This document shows, in pieces, positions 12,721-26,583 of a stretch of DNA of 64,000 nucleotides. Source of the stretch: Mobula hypostoma. Lineage: Eukaryota. The position numbers were made by a program, and so were the translations under genes. The stretch's first letter is position 1. The number at the start of each line of letters is the position of its first letter. The notes beneath the pieces were generated by a model that was given only the letters and a program-made list of their open reading frames with translations, was not told the origin of the DNA and made no database searches. The stretch lies in the NCBI RefSeq assembly GCF_963921235.1, contig NC_086108.1:88042001-88106000 (forward strand). Reading direction: 5' to 3'.

Positions 12721-12920
12721 CAGTACTGTGTAAAAGTCTTAGGCTAAGTCTTTCCAGTTACCAAATAAAACTTACTACTGCTGAGCTAATACAAAGCTAA
12801 TTACTCATATTTCCGTTTCCCAACAACCTTCCGATTTTAGCCCAAACACTGTACTGTGCGACAGTCTTAGGTACCCTAGCCATATATAGTATATGTGTCT
12901 AAGATTTTTGCACAGTACTG
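12721..12920. mobile_element. Tc1/mariner-type MITE
   Basis: TIRs cagtactgtgtaaaagtctt / aagatttttgcacagtactg flanked by TA; related TIRs at ~30954-31020 and ~33177-33210. Confidence 0.75.
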
Positions 12921-13463
12921 TAGATAGAGTCTTGATACTCAAAGGAATGAAATGTTACCCAAGGTGGACACGGATATGGAGTTGAAGTTACAATCAGATC
13001 AACTATGTCTTTATTATTTGGCAGAACAAGACTGAGGGGCCGAGTGGCCCACACATGACCCTCATTCATACATTTACTCCAGAGGTTTGGATGCTTGGTT
13101 TTGGAGTAGAATCAAACTGAGACTGATTGATTTTTGAATTTAAGAGCAAAAAAAAAGATATAGGGAATGGACGGAAATACTGTGTTTTATTTATTCGTAA
13201 CTGAAATGCTGACCAGGCGAAAAGAAAGCACTGGCTGGACCATGGTGCTATGTATCAGACAATCTCCTATCCAGTGAGTATTCCATGATTTGCCAATTTT
13301 CATATTTCCCATGTACAACAGGTGTGTATACAAGCTCATTCTTGGTGCAGTTCATGATTCTCAGATGTACGCAGGTCTGCAGCAAATAACACCCATAGCG
13401 TGCAAAACACTAACTCTACCAAGCTCAGATTTCCTCTGCACCCCCCTCAAAGCTTTTCCTCAC

Positions 13464-13654
13464 CTGCTTCTCACTCAGATACTGCATTCCTTTCGTGACA
13501 TCAGATGCAAACTGGAGCAGCTGCTGAGAGGTCAGCGTTGACGCAGTTCCGTGCTCTCTTGCAAACACTGGATCTGTCTCCAAAACTCTGCTCTTTCGTA
13601 AGAAGTCCAACAGATTTCCATAAGGGGCATATTCAATAGCAATGTACAGGTAAC
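13464..13654 (-). CDS. tie1: Tie1 kinase exon, hinge + kinase insert (191 nt)
   Basis: [64 protein letters not shown]. Confidence 0.97.
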
Positions 13655-14919
13655 CTGCTCATACAAGAGATGCAGTTAAATAATTATACTTGAACCTGAT
13701 AACTCCTTTTGATAGATAGCTAGATGCTTTACGATATCCTTATTTTAGTTTTTATTTTGCAAAATCTTTGCTCTCTCCTTATGTATATACTGTAAGCTGA
13801 TCTTATCTATATAAGTATATAACCACATAACAATTACAGCATGGAAACAGACCATCTAGGCCCTTCTAGTCCGCACCGAACTCTTACTCTCACGTAGTCC
13901 CACCGACTTGCACTCAGCCCACCCTCCATTCCTTTCCTGTCCATATATCTATCCAATTTAACATTAAATGACAACAGAGTATGGCCATACTCAATCAGTT
14001 ACTTGTGCATTGAGTTTTATAGGATTGCTTTTGTATTTATATTTATTGTGTTCTGATGCTTATTGTGTTTTTTTCACGTTGCATCAGATCTGGAGTAACA
14101 ATCACTTTGTTCTTCACACTCGTGTACAGAAGAATGACAATGGACAATCTTGAATCTTGTGTCTTGATCTTCAACCCGATACCCAACTTTTGACCTAGTA
14201 ACTCCTGCACGCCTCAGAACATAGAACAGTATGGCACAGGAACAAACCCTTTGGCCCATAATGCTGTGCTGAACCAATTAAATTAGTAACCAAATGGGCA
14301 ACTGAACTAATCCTTTCTATCTACACAACGTCTATATCCTTCCATTTTCCTCACATTCACGTGCCTACCTGAAAGTCACTTAAAAGTCTCTAATGTCTCT
14401 GCCTCTACCACCACCCCAGGCAGTGCATTCCAGGCACCTACCACTCTGTGTAAAAAAAAAACTTGCCCCTCACATCTCTTTTGAAATTAACCCCTTAACT
14501 CTTCTTAACTCTTAATTAACCCCTCATCCTATTCATTCATCAATCTAAAGAGTAAATTCTATAGATTTCAAAGCTACTCTTTCAACAATATAAACCTTTT
14601 ATTTTAAAGCACCTGATACTCATTCTGAGCTCCAGTAGGATCCCTGTCAAGTCAAATAGAATTGAACTAAATGATTGGGTATGTGGCCAATGCAGCAGTT
14701 ATCAAAGAGGATAATTATCTTGGGTGATGAGAGTGACAAGCACAAGAGAGAGAATTTCCTTGCTGCCCACACACTACCACAGTATCCAATGGGGTTTCAG
14801 GAAGTACGGGCAGTCCCCACGTTAGGTAAGGGTTCTGCTCCTGCCAATGTCTCTGAGTTAAAAACATCTGTTTTCTTCAGTAACCCACATATTAGTCTAC
14901 ATACAATTTCTATAGCTTA

Positions 14920-15335
14920 GACCATAAGGCACAGGAGCAGAATTAGACCATGCAGCCCATTGAATCTACTCTGCTATTCTGTCATGGATAATTTATTATC
15001 CCTCTCAACCCCATTCACCTGCCTTCTCCCCATAACTTGTAACACCCTGACAAATCAAGATCCCATCAACCTCTGCTTTAAATATGCCTAATGACCTGTC
15101 TCCACAGCCATCCCCAGAATCACCATGCTCTGGCTAAATAAATTCCTCTTCATCTCTGTTATAAATAGATGTTCCTTTATTCTGAGGCTGTGCCCTTTGG
15201 TCCTTTACTCCCACACTATAGGAAACATCATCTCCACACCCACTCCACTCTATTTAGGCCTTTCAACATTTAATAGGTTTCAATGAGATCTCCACCCCCC
15301 CCACCCACCTTTATTCTTCTAAACTCCAGCGAGCA
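14920..15335 (-). mobile_element. CR1-like LINE 3' fragment
   Basis: Reverse-complement similarity to 22630-23040. Confidence 0.75.
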
Positions 15336-15896
15336 AATCTTTCATTTCATCAAATATTCACCCAAACTCAATTCCAAAAATAAATAAATGGAACATTTAC
15401 TGTATTACATTGTTAATAAAGTACATGAACTTATCTTTACTGTCTTGAAAAATTCTTTAAAAATTTATGGGGGAAATTTACATAGAGTTAGATTTGCACA
15501 GTTCAAGTCTCCTGTAACCCAAAAAGCTGTTGAATTGGATATTTCTATGTATATTCTGTAGAATGTACATAACTGTAGAATCCTGTGAGATACACTTTCT
15601 GTATTTAATCAGCATAAAGGCTGCTGTGGGAAACTCCTCAGATGAAGAGAGTTAATATTTCAAGTGTTGTTTAGCTTTCACCAAAATGGTGACCTGAAAC
15701 ATTAACCCTCTCTCCATAGATGCTGACTGGTCTTCTGTGTGTTTCCAGCATTTTCTGCTTCTGTTTTCAAAAATTTTCGTTTTTATTTGAAATTACAGAG
15801 CTGGAATAATTAGCTAGAATCCCTTCATAGTGCTGAGTCCTGTATTCACTTTACTTTTACCTTACGAAGCAACTTTGGCAGTTTTTGAATTCCTAC

Positions 15897-16007
15897 CTCT
15901 GTTCTCACAGGCCCCCAGTAGATTAATGATGTTGGGATGATGTCCAAGTTTACACAGAACCTCCAACTCTCCCGCAAAGTCCCTGTGATCATTCTCAGAG
16001 GCAAATT
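15897..16007 (-). CDS. tie1: Tie1 kinase exon (111 nt)
   Basis: [37 protein letters not shown]; cacag/gtagga flanks. Confidence 0.97.
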
Positions 16008-16224
16008 CTGTGCAAGTTACAATAGAATAATGTTACATATATTTTACAATGACATCCAATAGTAGCTGCTTACAGGTGCTTTAGCAATAACCATGAAGAA
16101 AGTATCCTTGTGCATAGTTACAGAACAAGGTACTTCACATAAACCTTTCACCATTCACCAACCAAGGAAATAAACCACAATCATTATTCAAAAGCACACA
16201 GTCAAGAAGCCTGCAAAAGGTTTA

Positions 16225-16745
16225 TCTAATGTACTGTGGAGAGCATTCCAATTGGCTGCATCACTCTCTGGTATGGTGGTGGAGGGGGATGGTGGGGGCT
16301 AATGCACAGGATTGAAGTAAGCTTCAGAGAGTTGGAAGCTTAGCTCCATCACGGGGAATAGCCTCAGTAGTATCCAGGACATTTCCAAGGAGTGATGCCT
16401 CAAAGAGGCGGTGTCCAACATTAAGGACCCCAATCACCCAGGTCATGCCTTGCTTTTCTTGTTCTTATTGCTACTATTAGGAAGGAGGTACAGAAGCATG
16501 AAAGCACACACTCAGCAATTCAGGAACAGCTTCTCCTCTGCCATCCAACTTTTGAATGGACATTGAACCTCACTACTATCTATTTCTATTTTTGCACTCC
16601 TTATTTAATTTAACTTATATACTAAATCATACATAATTTACTGTAGTTAACATTTTTTCTCTATTATCATGTATTGCATTGTACTACTGCTGCAAAAATA
16701 AATTTCATAATGTATGCCAGTGATATTAAACCTGATTCTGATTTC
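16225..16745 (+). mobile_element. Rex1-like LINE 3' end
   Basis: Similar to ~25365-25727 and ~58980-59315; ends taaacctgattctgatt. Confidence 0.7.
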
Positions 16746-17906
16746 ACAATGAAAAACAAGAGCTGGGATAACCTCAGTAATTTCATTAATTTCCATATTT
16801 TCCTTATGAGGCAGAAGGCAATGATTTGTCTCATCAAATCTATGCCAACTCAGACAGCAGTCCCACCAATCCCATTCCTAAACTACTTTTTTCCTGAAAC
16901 GTATTCTCCCTGCATTCTCATCCAGACCATCTGATTCTGATGAAAGGTCGATGACCCTGACTAGATAACTTCTGTTTTTCTCATAACAGATGATGCTTGC
17001 CCTGCTGAAAGTTTCCAATTTTCATAACTCTAGAACTTAAATACTCTGCTTTTTGATTATCAAATACAGTTAAATCAATTCATTAAACTGCAAATGATTT
17101 GTAACTTATTTTTCTCTCTTGGAACAGCCTACCATAATAGAAAATAAAACTCTCCTTCATTGAATTCAATGGGAGTAGTGCATGGCCACCAGGATGGACT
17201 AAACTGCTCAGAAACTTCAGAAATTTAGTACTTAGGAATCCAATGTCATTGCACAGTCAGCAATTTATGACTGTGGACCTGTCAGTTAAATTCGGGATAT
17301 CTGATTCTATTCGTTGCAGAGGCACATTCACATGGAAACTGCTGTCACATCTCAAGAGAATCCAACACAAAAAAATTGCCTTAAAATATTCTGTGATACA
17401 CTTTAGAATTAACTTGGTCCATTTTGATTAATACAACTAAAATAGGTTATTATATTAAAACAAATATTTTAATTCAATTCTAATTTACCACTTCAGAGGA
17501 ACTGAATTTTAAATTACTAAACACGTCATTATTTGGTAATTATTTAAAGATATAGTATCATTTTTCCAGGTCTGTTGCAGCTAATCCCTTAACACAGTTT
17601 TACTCAAAACCTTTTGAAAGTATGCCTACTGTTACCATTGTAATTAAAGATCCATTTTAAATGCTCCTCATAGGACCATTAATTACACTGACTCTAAAAA
17701 TGATTAATTCACTCCAGGAGTGTGGACTGTTAAAATAAGAGTGGATAGTGAAGACCTGAGTGAGTTGAATGCTATATTTGCTCAGAATTCCACAGCTATC
17801 TTAAAATTCAGCTAGTTAGACCTGAAAATTGGAATCGCCATCAACAAAAGCCAACTGAGTAGAAACTCAAAACAATACATGCTGATTTTGTACATTAAAT
17901 AGATAC

Positions 17907-18117
17907 CTTTCAGCATTTTGATCGCAGCATTCATCTTCAGCCCATCCTTTTTAATTAAGGCTTTGATCACTTGTCCAAAATTTCCTTCTCCAATAACATC
18001 CTCAAATTTAATGTCATCCCATTCTAAGATGGGGTAGGTGAGGGGCTCAGGCTGGGGTTTTGGTCGACGTGTGAGCGTCAGAGTTCCAGAGTTAAACTGA
18101 AGGACAGTCTCTTCACC
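17907..18117 (-). CDS. tie1: Tie1 exon, juxtamembrane + kinase N-lobe (211 nt)
   Basis: [20 protein letters not shown]...IGEGNFGQV...NAAIKMLK; Gly-rich loop and catalytic Lys; KMLK is TIE1-type (TIE2 has KRMK). Confidence 0.97.
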
Positions 18118-19113
18118 CTTAGAACAAACATACAAAACAACTGGTTACCTCAGTGTAGACTTTATGAGGTTCTTTGGCTAAAGCAGGCTATAACACCATA
18201 TCTAGGCAGAGACAAACATGGTTCAGAAACTACATTTTCTGTCCTGGGTATTATTCTGTCATGATTAAACATCCTATACTTATCTTGTTCTACTTCAGTG
18301 TACTATGTAATGATTTGATCTGTATGAACAGTATGCAGGACAAGCTTTTTAATGTTCCTTGGTGTATGTGACAATAATGAACCAATTCCAATTATGAAAA
18401 TAATTTCAAATGAAAACTATCCCATTTCCATCAAATATATTAAGAGCTTTAAAAAATCTGCAGATGCTGGAAATCTGAAATAAAAACGGAAAATACCTGA
18501 GTTGCTGATCAGCTCAGGATTTGTATATTGCGAGAGAAAGAGAGTTACTGACTTAAGTAGATGTCCCTTCATCTTGAAAAATGAGAAAGCAAAGGTGTTT
18601 AAAATAGCACAGAAAGGAGGTGGAGGGGTGGAGAGAGCAAAAGAACGAGAGGGTTGTCCTTTCAAGCCAAATTAGAAGGTATAGGTCTGTACTTCCTGCA
18701 GTTTATATGAATGAGGGTGGACTTATTCAAATATATAAGATCCCAGAGAGGCTCGACAGAGTTAACGTTGAGATGTTTTCACTAGTGTGGAGGTTGCAAA
18801 CAAGGGGACTGAACTGCAAGGTAAGGGGTTGTTTATTTAAAACGAGGATGTGTGGAAAACTCTTCTCTCAGATGGTAGTGAATCTTTGGAAATCAGATTT
18901 AATGAACATCGAGATAGATAAATATTTGAAAGATGAAAGTATTAAGGGTTACAGGAAACCGGCACAGAAGAGTTGAGGCCAGCAGTGATCAGCCATAATC
19001 ATTTTGAATTGTTGGGCGGCTTTTAGTTTCCTGGTGACCCATTTTGGCTCCTATTTACTTTCATCTGTTTTTGAAAATTCAGATTTATTTATCACATGCA
19101 GTGAAATACATCA

Positions 19114-19330
19114 ACACGAGGAAATCTGCAGATGCTGGGATTTCAAGCAACACACATACAATTTTAGCAACACACATAAAAGTTGCTGGTGAACGCAGCA
19201 GGCCAGGCAGCACCTATAGGAAAAGATACAGTCGACGTTTCGGGCCGAAACCCTTCGAAACGTTGATTGTACCTCTTCCAATAGATGCTGCCTGGCCTGC
19301 TGCGTTCACCAGTAATTTTTATGTGTGTTG
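19114..19330. mobile_element. Penelope-derived terminal fragment forming an inverted repeat
   Basis: Arms ~19169-19242 and ~19256-19329 are reverse complements; 14 bp TSD agtgaaatacatca (19100-19113, 19331-19344). Confidence 0.8.
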
Positions 19331-19657
19331 AGTGAAATACATCATCTGTGTTAAAAACCAACACACCCAGTGATGTGTTGGGAGCAGTCTGCAAGTGTGG
19401 CCACACATTCTTCAGTGCCTGTGCACTGCCAAGCAAAAAGCATTCTGCTTATCTACACTAGTTACGCCTCTTATTATTATGTAACCCTCTATTGGACCAC
19501 CCCTCAACCTTCTCTGCTCCAGGGACAACAAGCTCAACCTATCAAATCTCTCCCAATACTTGAAGTCCTTCAATCCAGAGAGCATCCTGGCAAATCTCCT
19601 CTGCACTCCCTGCAGTGTATTGAAATGCAGTACTTGGGGTTACAAGAACCTATAGAC

Positions 19658-19836
19658 TAGGGGTTCCCAACCTTTTTTATGCCATGGACCTATTATGCAA
19701 AGGGCTTGTGGACCGCAGGCTGGGACTAGATGGGTGAATAGTTTAGCTCATGGGGGAGCTGCGGAGCAGACTCGATGGGCCGAATGGCCTACTTCTGCTC
19801 CTTTGTCTTGTGATCTTGTGATCTTGTGAACCCCTG
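19658..19836. mobile_element. hAT-type MITE interrupted by a LINE 3' tail
   Basis: Ends taggggttcccaac...aacccctg match the intact copy at 59613-59693; an insert ending (gatcttgt)n splits it. Confidence 0.65.
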
Positions 19837-21092
19837 ATAGAGGCAGACAGGAAAAAAAAAAGGACAAATTCTCTTACATTTTAAGATTAGGGACCAACAG
19901 ATATTCTGTTCAGCAAACATTTACCCTTGTTCAATTTTCCTCTGTTTAACTCATGAAATCAAGACTGATGGTTAACAAAGATGTAGGAAAACAGAGTGCA
20001 GAGCTGATTCCAAAAAGAGAGAAACCAAGTTAACAGGACAGGAAGGAGATGTAAAGGAAGTCAAAGAGCGGGAAGGATTACCTGCCATTTTGAAGCAGAT
20101 CCTTTCCCCCTGAATTGCTCCTTTTAAACATCTGAGTGACGTGAAAGAGCATGTAAAGAAAAAATAAGAGTGAGAAAGTAAAGGTGAAATGAGCCTACAA
20201 TGTGTTGAATTGTCACTTTATGACCTGTTGAATTGGACCAGTAAAAGACCAATCAAAACTGGTAGAGTTAAGACTCTTGTGTTAGAAATCATATGTTTAG
20301 CAATCCTCACATAAGTAATTGATTGAAATGCTCAACTGCAAAGCAGGTGAGAAGTATAGGCAGCAACATATCAAGATTTTGTAAAACAATACATAAATTA
20401 AAAAGATAGAAAATCATATTATTATATTTATTTTGTGGGCAACTAGTACTTGGTTCCCATCCTTATTTACCAGTGAGAAGATGGCATTAACCACTTTCTT
20501 GAACTGCATCAACTCTTCTCATTATGGCATTTAAAATCAGCCTATTCAGTCCATCGTGCCCATGCAAGCTCCAAACAGAACAATCTCATTAATCCTAGTC
20601 TCCCTTTTCTAATCTCTATGGGTCTGCAATTTATTCTCACTCTTGTGCACATTAATGCTGTTTTGGTACTGTTGCTTCTTAGCTATACTAAGGGGCAATG
20701 TATGGTAACCAATGAACTCATCAGCACAGGGATGTGGGAGGAAATGTTAACACCAGTCCGAAACACAAATGGTCATGGGCAGAGCGTGCAAACCCCACAT
20801 GGGCAGCAGCCAAGTTCAGGATCCAGTCTGGATTCCCAGTACTGAGGCTGTGTTACCATGTCAACATTTTGGTGGAAGTGCTCCCACATTACTGATGGAG
20901 ATGGAGTTCCAGGATTTAGACCGGGCATTGAAGAAGCACTAGAGATATACTTCCAAGTCAGGAGGTGTGGAAATTGCAGATAGTGTCCCCAGAAATGTAA
21001 TGTTCTTATCCATACTGGTAGTAGAGGTTGCAAGTTTGGAGATGCCATTGGAATACCCTGGATGAGTTTTGTAGCCTGACTTAAGTACTTAC

Positions 21093-21283
21093 TGATCCAG
21101 ACTGGTAAGTGAAGGTTCGACGTCGGTGAAATAGAGTTTTCCGTATGCAGAAGAGGCCCAGGAGCGCCAAGAGGATGGTCATACAGGTGACAGATACTGA
21201 GGCCACAATGGCCATTAAGAGCTGCTGGTCACTTCTATGGGGTTTTTCCAAAGGTTCCGTTCTTCGAAACACACTTGATGTAG
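21093..21283 (-). CDS. tie1: Tie1 exon, stalk + transmembrane helix + juxtamembrane start (191 nt, phase 1-0)
   Basis: ...DQQLLMAIVASVSVTCMTILLALLGLFCIRKTLFHRRRTFTYQSGS; the RRRTFTYQSGS motif is TIE1-specific. Confidence 0.96.
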
Positions 21284-22327
21284 CTGGGGTAAAGGAAAAC
21301 ATTCAATGTGAGAAAGCAGTCATCTTTTCAGTTTCTTAGAATGATCTTTTTCTTAGCCCGCAGATATCCTTAGCGACCTGGAACTAAGAGAACCACTCAA
21401 ACAATGTCCAAAGCCAATACAAAAAAAACAACTGCTAGGGTTAAGGCATTGCATTACTTGTGAAAATCTGGGTTGGGACTGATTGTGCTATATAAAATCA
21501 GTCTCTAGAAAACCAATGTGAACCTTCAATGAAGATCAGTTCTGAAGGCTCTGCAATGGGAACAGATCTTGTAATTTTAGTCTTGCCCAGACTGCTATTC
21601 ATTAAACACAATGGGATTTAAACTTAGATGAGATCCTGGAAGTTAGCCTGAGTGCAAATTGCTCTCATTCAATGTTGAGTCAGCTGACCGACATCTACCA
21701 ATGATCTGAAGTCCTCCCACACACAATTTCCATTCACCCTTTTAGTCACCACAACTAGCAGATATAGCCAGCGTTTCCAATGCCCTAAATTCTTTGCCTG
21801 ATTTTCTTTTTCTTTTGTTTCCTTCTTTCTTTCTTATTTCATATTTTTTTTCAATTATGTTGTCTTAAGGATTTGTCAATAGGCTGAATTTCTACTCTCA
21901 AGAAAGTTCATTCAATCACTATCGATATGTTGGCTGACCTGCACTGAATCCCCATCCAATAAATGCAAATAGATAACAGTCAATCCTTCAAAACTCTTAC
22001 CTCAAGTTTAAAATTCTTGATCTTGAGGTAAAATCCCTCTGCAGCCCCAAGTTTTAAAGGAATATCAGATTCCCAGTGAATGGTAGAGCTGGAGGATGTT
22101 ATAACATCCTATATTTATATATAGCATCCTCCAGCCCTACCACTCTCTGGGAATGTGGTATTCATTTAATTCTGGCCTCTTGTACAATACAAATTGCTTC
22201 ATCCCACCATTAGTGGCTATGTCTTTCTACCAATTTTAAGATTCTGCAATTCTGGAATCACTTCCCAATCATTTCTGCCCCTTTACTTCACTCTTTTCCT
22301 TTAAGACACTCCTTAAAACCTCCACAA

Positions 22328-23040
22328 GGGACCTGGAAGTCCTTGTGCAGAACACTCAAAAGGTTAATTTGCAGATTGAGTTGGTGGTGAGAAAGGCAAA
22401 TGCAATGTTAGCATTCATTTCAAAAGGCCCAGAATACATGAGACTGTGGCATTATAACGCACTAGTGAGGTCTCACCTTGCGTGTTGTGAACAGTTTTGG
22501 GCTTGTCATCTAAGAAAAGATGTGCTGGCATTGGAGAGGGTTCAGAGGAGGTTCATAAGGATGATTCCAAGAATGAAAGGGTTATCATACAAGGAATGTT
22601 TGATGGCTGTGAGTTTGTACTCATTGGGAACTTAGAAGGATGAAGGGGGATCTCATTGAAACCTTTTGAATTTTGAAAGGCCTAAACAGAGTAGATGTGG
22701 CAAGGATGTTTCCCATGGTGAGGGAATCTAGGACAAGAGGGCATAGCCTCAGGATAGAGGGACATTCATTTAAAACAGAGATGTGGAGAAGTTTCTTTAG
22801 CCAGAAGGTGGTGAGTTTGTGGAATTTGTTACCACAGGCAGCTGTGGAGTCCAGGTTGTTAGGTGCATTTAAGGCAGAGATTGACAGGTTCTTGATTGGA
22901 CACGGCATCAAAGGTTACGGGGAGAAGGATGGGAAGTGGAACTGAGGAGGGGAAAAAATGATTAGCCATTATTGAATAGTGGAGTAGACTCGATAGGCCA
23001 AATGGGCCAAATTCTGCTCCTATGTCTTATGGTGTCTTAT
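22328..23040 (+). mobile_element. CR1-like LINE, 5'-truncated
   Basis: KANAMLAFI...LERVQRRF.RMIP.MKGL...TRGHSLRI...WNLLPQAAVE; tcttatgg tail. Confidence 0.88.
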
Positions 23041-23461
23041 AAAATCTCTTTGACCAAGTTCAAAGTTCAAAGTAAATTTATTGTCAGAGTTACAATATTC
23101 TACATTGAGGCTTATTTTCTAACAGCCATTAACAGTAGAGCAAATAAATATAATAGAATCAATGAAAAACTACACACAATTTCATGTGATTCTTCCTTCT
23201 CTTTCCATCCTGATGTCAAATTTAACCTTCTGTCTAATGTTTTTTTTCCCACATTTCCTTATGATGTAGACAGAAGTCATTACAGCCCATCAAGTTTATG
23301 CTGGCTCACAAAGCAATCTCACTCACAAAATAATTTCCCCTGTAATCTTTTCTCTTCACATCTTCTTCAATTCCCATCAGGTTCTGTCACTCACCGTATA
23401 GCCAAGGGGTGACTTACAGTGGCCAACATCACTTGACTAACCAGCACACCCTTGGGATAGA

Positions 23462-23840
23462 GTCATAGAAAAGTACAGCACAGAAACAGGCTATTAGGCC
23501 CATCTAGTCCATGCCGAACCATTTAAGCTGCCTACTCCCATCGACCTGTACCGGGACCATAGCCTCCATACCCCTACCATCCATATACCTATTCAAACTT
23601 GTCTTATACCTTGAAATTGAGCTTGCATGTACCATCTGTGCTGGTAGCTCATTCTCCACTCTCACAACTCTCTGAATGAAGAAGTTTCCCCTCATGTTCC
23701 CCTTAAACTTTTCACCCTTCACCTTTAACCCATGACCTCTGGTAGTAGCTCCGCATAACCTCAGTGGAAAAAGCCTGCTTACATTTACCCTATCTATACC
23801 GCTTATAAATTTGTATACCTCTATCAAATCTCCTCCCAAT
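23462..23840 (-). mobile_element. CR1-like LINE 3' fragment
   Basis: GDLIEVYKF..GIDRV...TRGHGLKVKGEKFK..MRGNFF.QRVV. Confidence 0.85.
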
Positions 23841-24181
23841 CAATGTAGGACAAAACAGGAGCACCTGGAGGAAACCCATGGGGTCAAAGGAAGAACATGC
23901 AAGCTACACACAGAAAGCACTAGAGGAAAGAACCTGGGTTGCTGAACATGTAAGGCAGTAGCTCTACTACTCCAGAATCACTCCAGAAGTTCAAAGTATT
24001 GGAGATGAAAGCAAAGTTTAATCTGATGCCCTTTAATACATGCACCATTTGAATGCTATTAGTATAGTTTCTGCCTTGCATTATTTGTTGCAAGTGATTC
24101 ATTACCCTGCATACTGTGTAGGCAAGTGTCTATATGAATTTAGATGCAGACCATAATCAGTTGAGTCTTTAAATCTCTTAC

Positions 24182-24484
24182 CTGGTGGAGTTGCTGCAGT
24201 GCGAAGCTCTTTCATTGGGTTTGGGTGGCTTTCACCCATATTGTTCATGGCTACAACCTCCACTAGGTAGGGGGTTTCGGGCCGCAACCCACGCAAGACG
24301 TGCTCTGAGGTTGGCGTCTCCGCCAAATTGATCGTTGTCACTTCAGGAGATGTTGTGGCCCCATAGACTTTACACTTTATAACCACAGAGGAGATGGCAT
24401 GCTTTGGAGGTACCACCCAGGAGATCACCGCAGATGTGTCGGTAATGTTTGATACCTTAACATCATAAGGTGCTGGAGGAATTG
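24182..24484 (-). CDS. tie1: Tie1 exon, additional fourth FN3 domain (TIE2-FN3-3-like; 303 nt, phase 1-1)
   Basis: SIPPAPYDVKVSNITDTSAVISWVVPPKHAISSVVIKCKVYG...HVLRGLRPETPYLVEVVAMNNMGESHP...LRTAATPP; open frame, pyrimidine-rich tract + ccag acceptor, CAG/gtaaga donor. Confidence 0.9.
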
Positions 24485-25940
24485 CTGGATTTCAAAATAA
24501 AGAAAACAATGATTTGTTTCATTTCCCAAGGACTCCTTTAGGCTTCCCTAGACTCCAGGGATGTTGCTCCAGTAATCTTGGGATGTGGGTCTCAGTGACG
24601 AGGCCAGCATTTATTGTGCATCTCTGATTGTCTGGGAGTATGGAAGGTAAACTACTTCAGTCCTTCCGGTGGAAGATCATAAGACATAGAAGCAGAATTA
24701 GCCTATTCAACCCACTGAGTCTGCTCCAAGAAAGCACACCAACAGGGGTTTTGGGGAGGGGAATGGTAAGGCTTTTGGATGACTTGGATGCAATGATAGT
24801 GAGAAATAGCAATATAATTCCTAGTCAGGTTAATGCAACATGGAGAAGGATCTGTAGGTGGTGTTGATGTTATGAACCTATGTTTTCCATGGTGTTAATG
24901 ATCTCAGCTTGAGAGTGACCTAGGCATAGGCTATTAAAAAGGCAAAACATGGAATTATCTCTGAAGTGAAAAGCTCTTGTGAGCACTCTGATGAACAGAA
25001 CTTATCTCCAGCACAACCAATTCAGGGAGCAATCACACAGGCGCAGGAAGAGAGCCAGACAAATTGGGGACTTGGTATTGAGCGTTCTCCTTGTTTTATG
25101 TGAATTAAAGACCCTGGTTGTACTTTGGACTTTATTGTCCAATTTCTGCCAGCAACAAGCACAAATGATAATGGTACCAAAGAGCATCTTGCACAGAGGG
25201 AGTTATTATACCAGTGTGGATATTCATACCACTAGAGACCCAGCTGGGTCTGGCTACCAGTTACAAGGCAGAGAATGACCTGGAGGGTTGTGGGCAGTTG
25301 ATTGTGGTGGAATGGATGCTTTGTCCCCTTTGGAAGAAACACAAACGTGGTCTTCCCCGTTCGATTATGGGCACTAGCTTCCCCACCATTGAGAAAATTT
25401 TCAAAAGGCACTGCCTCGAGAAGCAGCATCAATCATTAAGTCCCCTCACTATCCAGGACATGCCCTCTTCTCATTACTACCATCAGCGAGGAGATATAGG
25501 AGAATGAAGACACACATTTAACATTTCAGGAACAGCTTCTTCCCCTCTGCCATCAGATTTCTGAATGGACAAAAAGCACTACCTCTCTTTTAACACTACT
25601 TATTTATTTTTATTTAATTCTTATTGTAGCTTATAGTATTTTTCCCTTTGTCTATTGCTCTGCACTGCTGCCACAATACAAGAAATTCCATGACATGCAT
25701 CAATGCTAATAATCTTGATACTGATTCCTTTGTAAAGAGACCTCCTTAAAATTTTTGAGAACTCAAGGGTTCAGGCCTTAATCCCAACCCACCTATCTTT
25801 TTTTTTTGGAGTGATTGCTGGCTTTCAAGACAGACTGCAACAAATTTAATTTTCTTAACAGAATGTGAAAATTACCTAAAATAAAACACAAAGGGGTTCA
25901 TAAAGTGAGAATGCCAAAGGTGAGAAATCTGTACACTTAC

Positions 25941-26219
25941 AGTCACTGAATGTCCAGCACGTGATGGGAGCACTCCATTCACCTGCAACTTTAGACTGGG
26001 CACGGACGCGGAACTGATACAGTGTGCTTGGACTCAGATCCTGAATGGTCTCATTTCTAGCTGCTGTATCAATCCATCTGGGCTCACTGGGCGGTTCCAT
26101 CTGCTGGTACTCAATGGTATATTTGTTTATTTCCTTAGTGTTGAGAGGTGGCTGCCACTTCAAGCTTATGCTGGTCAGGGACAAGGGAGTGGCCTGGAGC
26201 TGTCTGGGAGATGGAGGAC
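25941..26219 (-). CDS. tie1: Tie1 exon, FN3 domain 3 (279 nt, phase 1-1)
   Basis: GPPSPRQLQATPLSLTSISLKWQPP...KYTIEYQ...PRWID...STLYQFRVRAQSKVAGEWSAPITCWTFSD; tgcag/gtaagt flanks. Confidence 0.93.
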
Positions 26220-26583
26220 CTGCACAGACAGAACCAACAGTTTCAATTATGTACCTCTGACTGTCAAACCGGGCACAGCCAGAGTACGTAAAACAGAATG
26301 GAGTACTCTCATACTGAACCAAGATTGGGGCGTTCCATTGGTTAGATATTTAAGCCTCTGCAGCTCTATGTAAGGTATTCTTTTGATGTACCTTGAGGAA
26401 ATTGGAAAATTGTCAAATGTATCATACACAAAGGATAGAAAACGCCAGAGAAACTCTGCAAGTTAGGCAGCATCTATGGAGGGGAATATTTTGAACCATT
26501 CATCACAACTGGGAAGGAACTGGACAAAAGCATTGAGGAAGTGCCTAGGGCAGGGCCACCGGAGTGCTCAGGATTGCCCCGCA

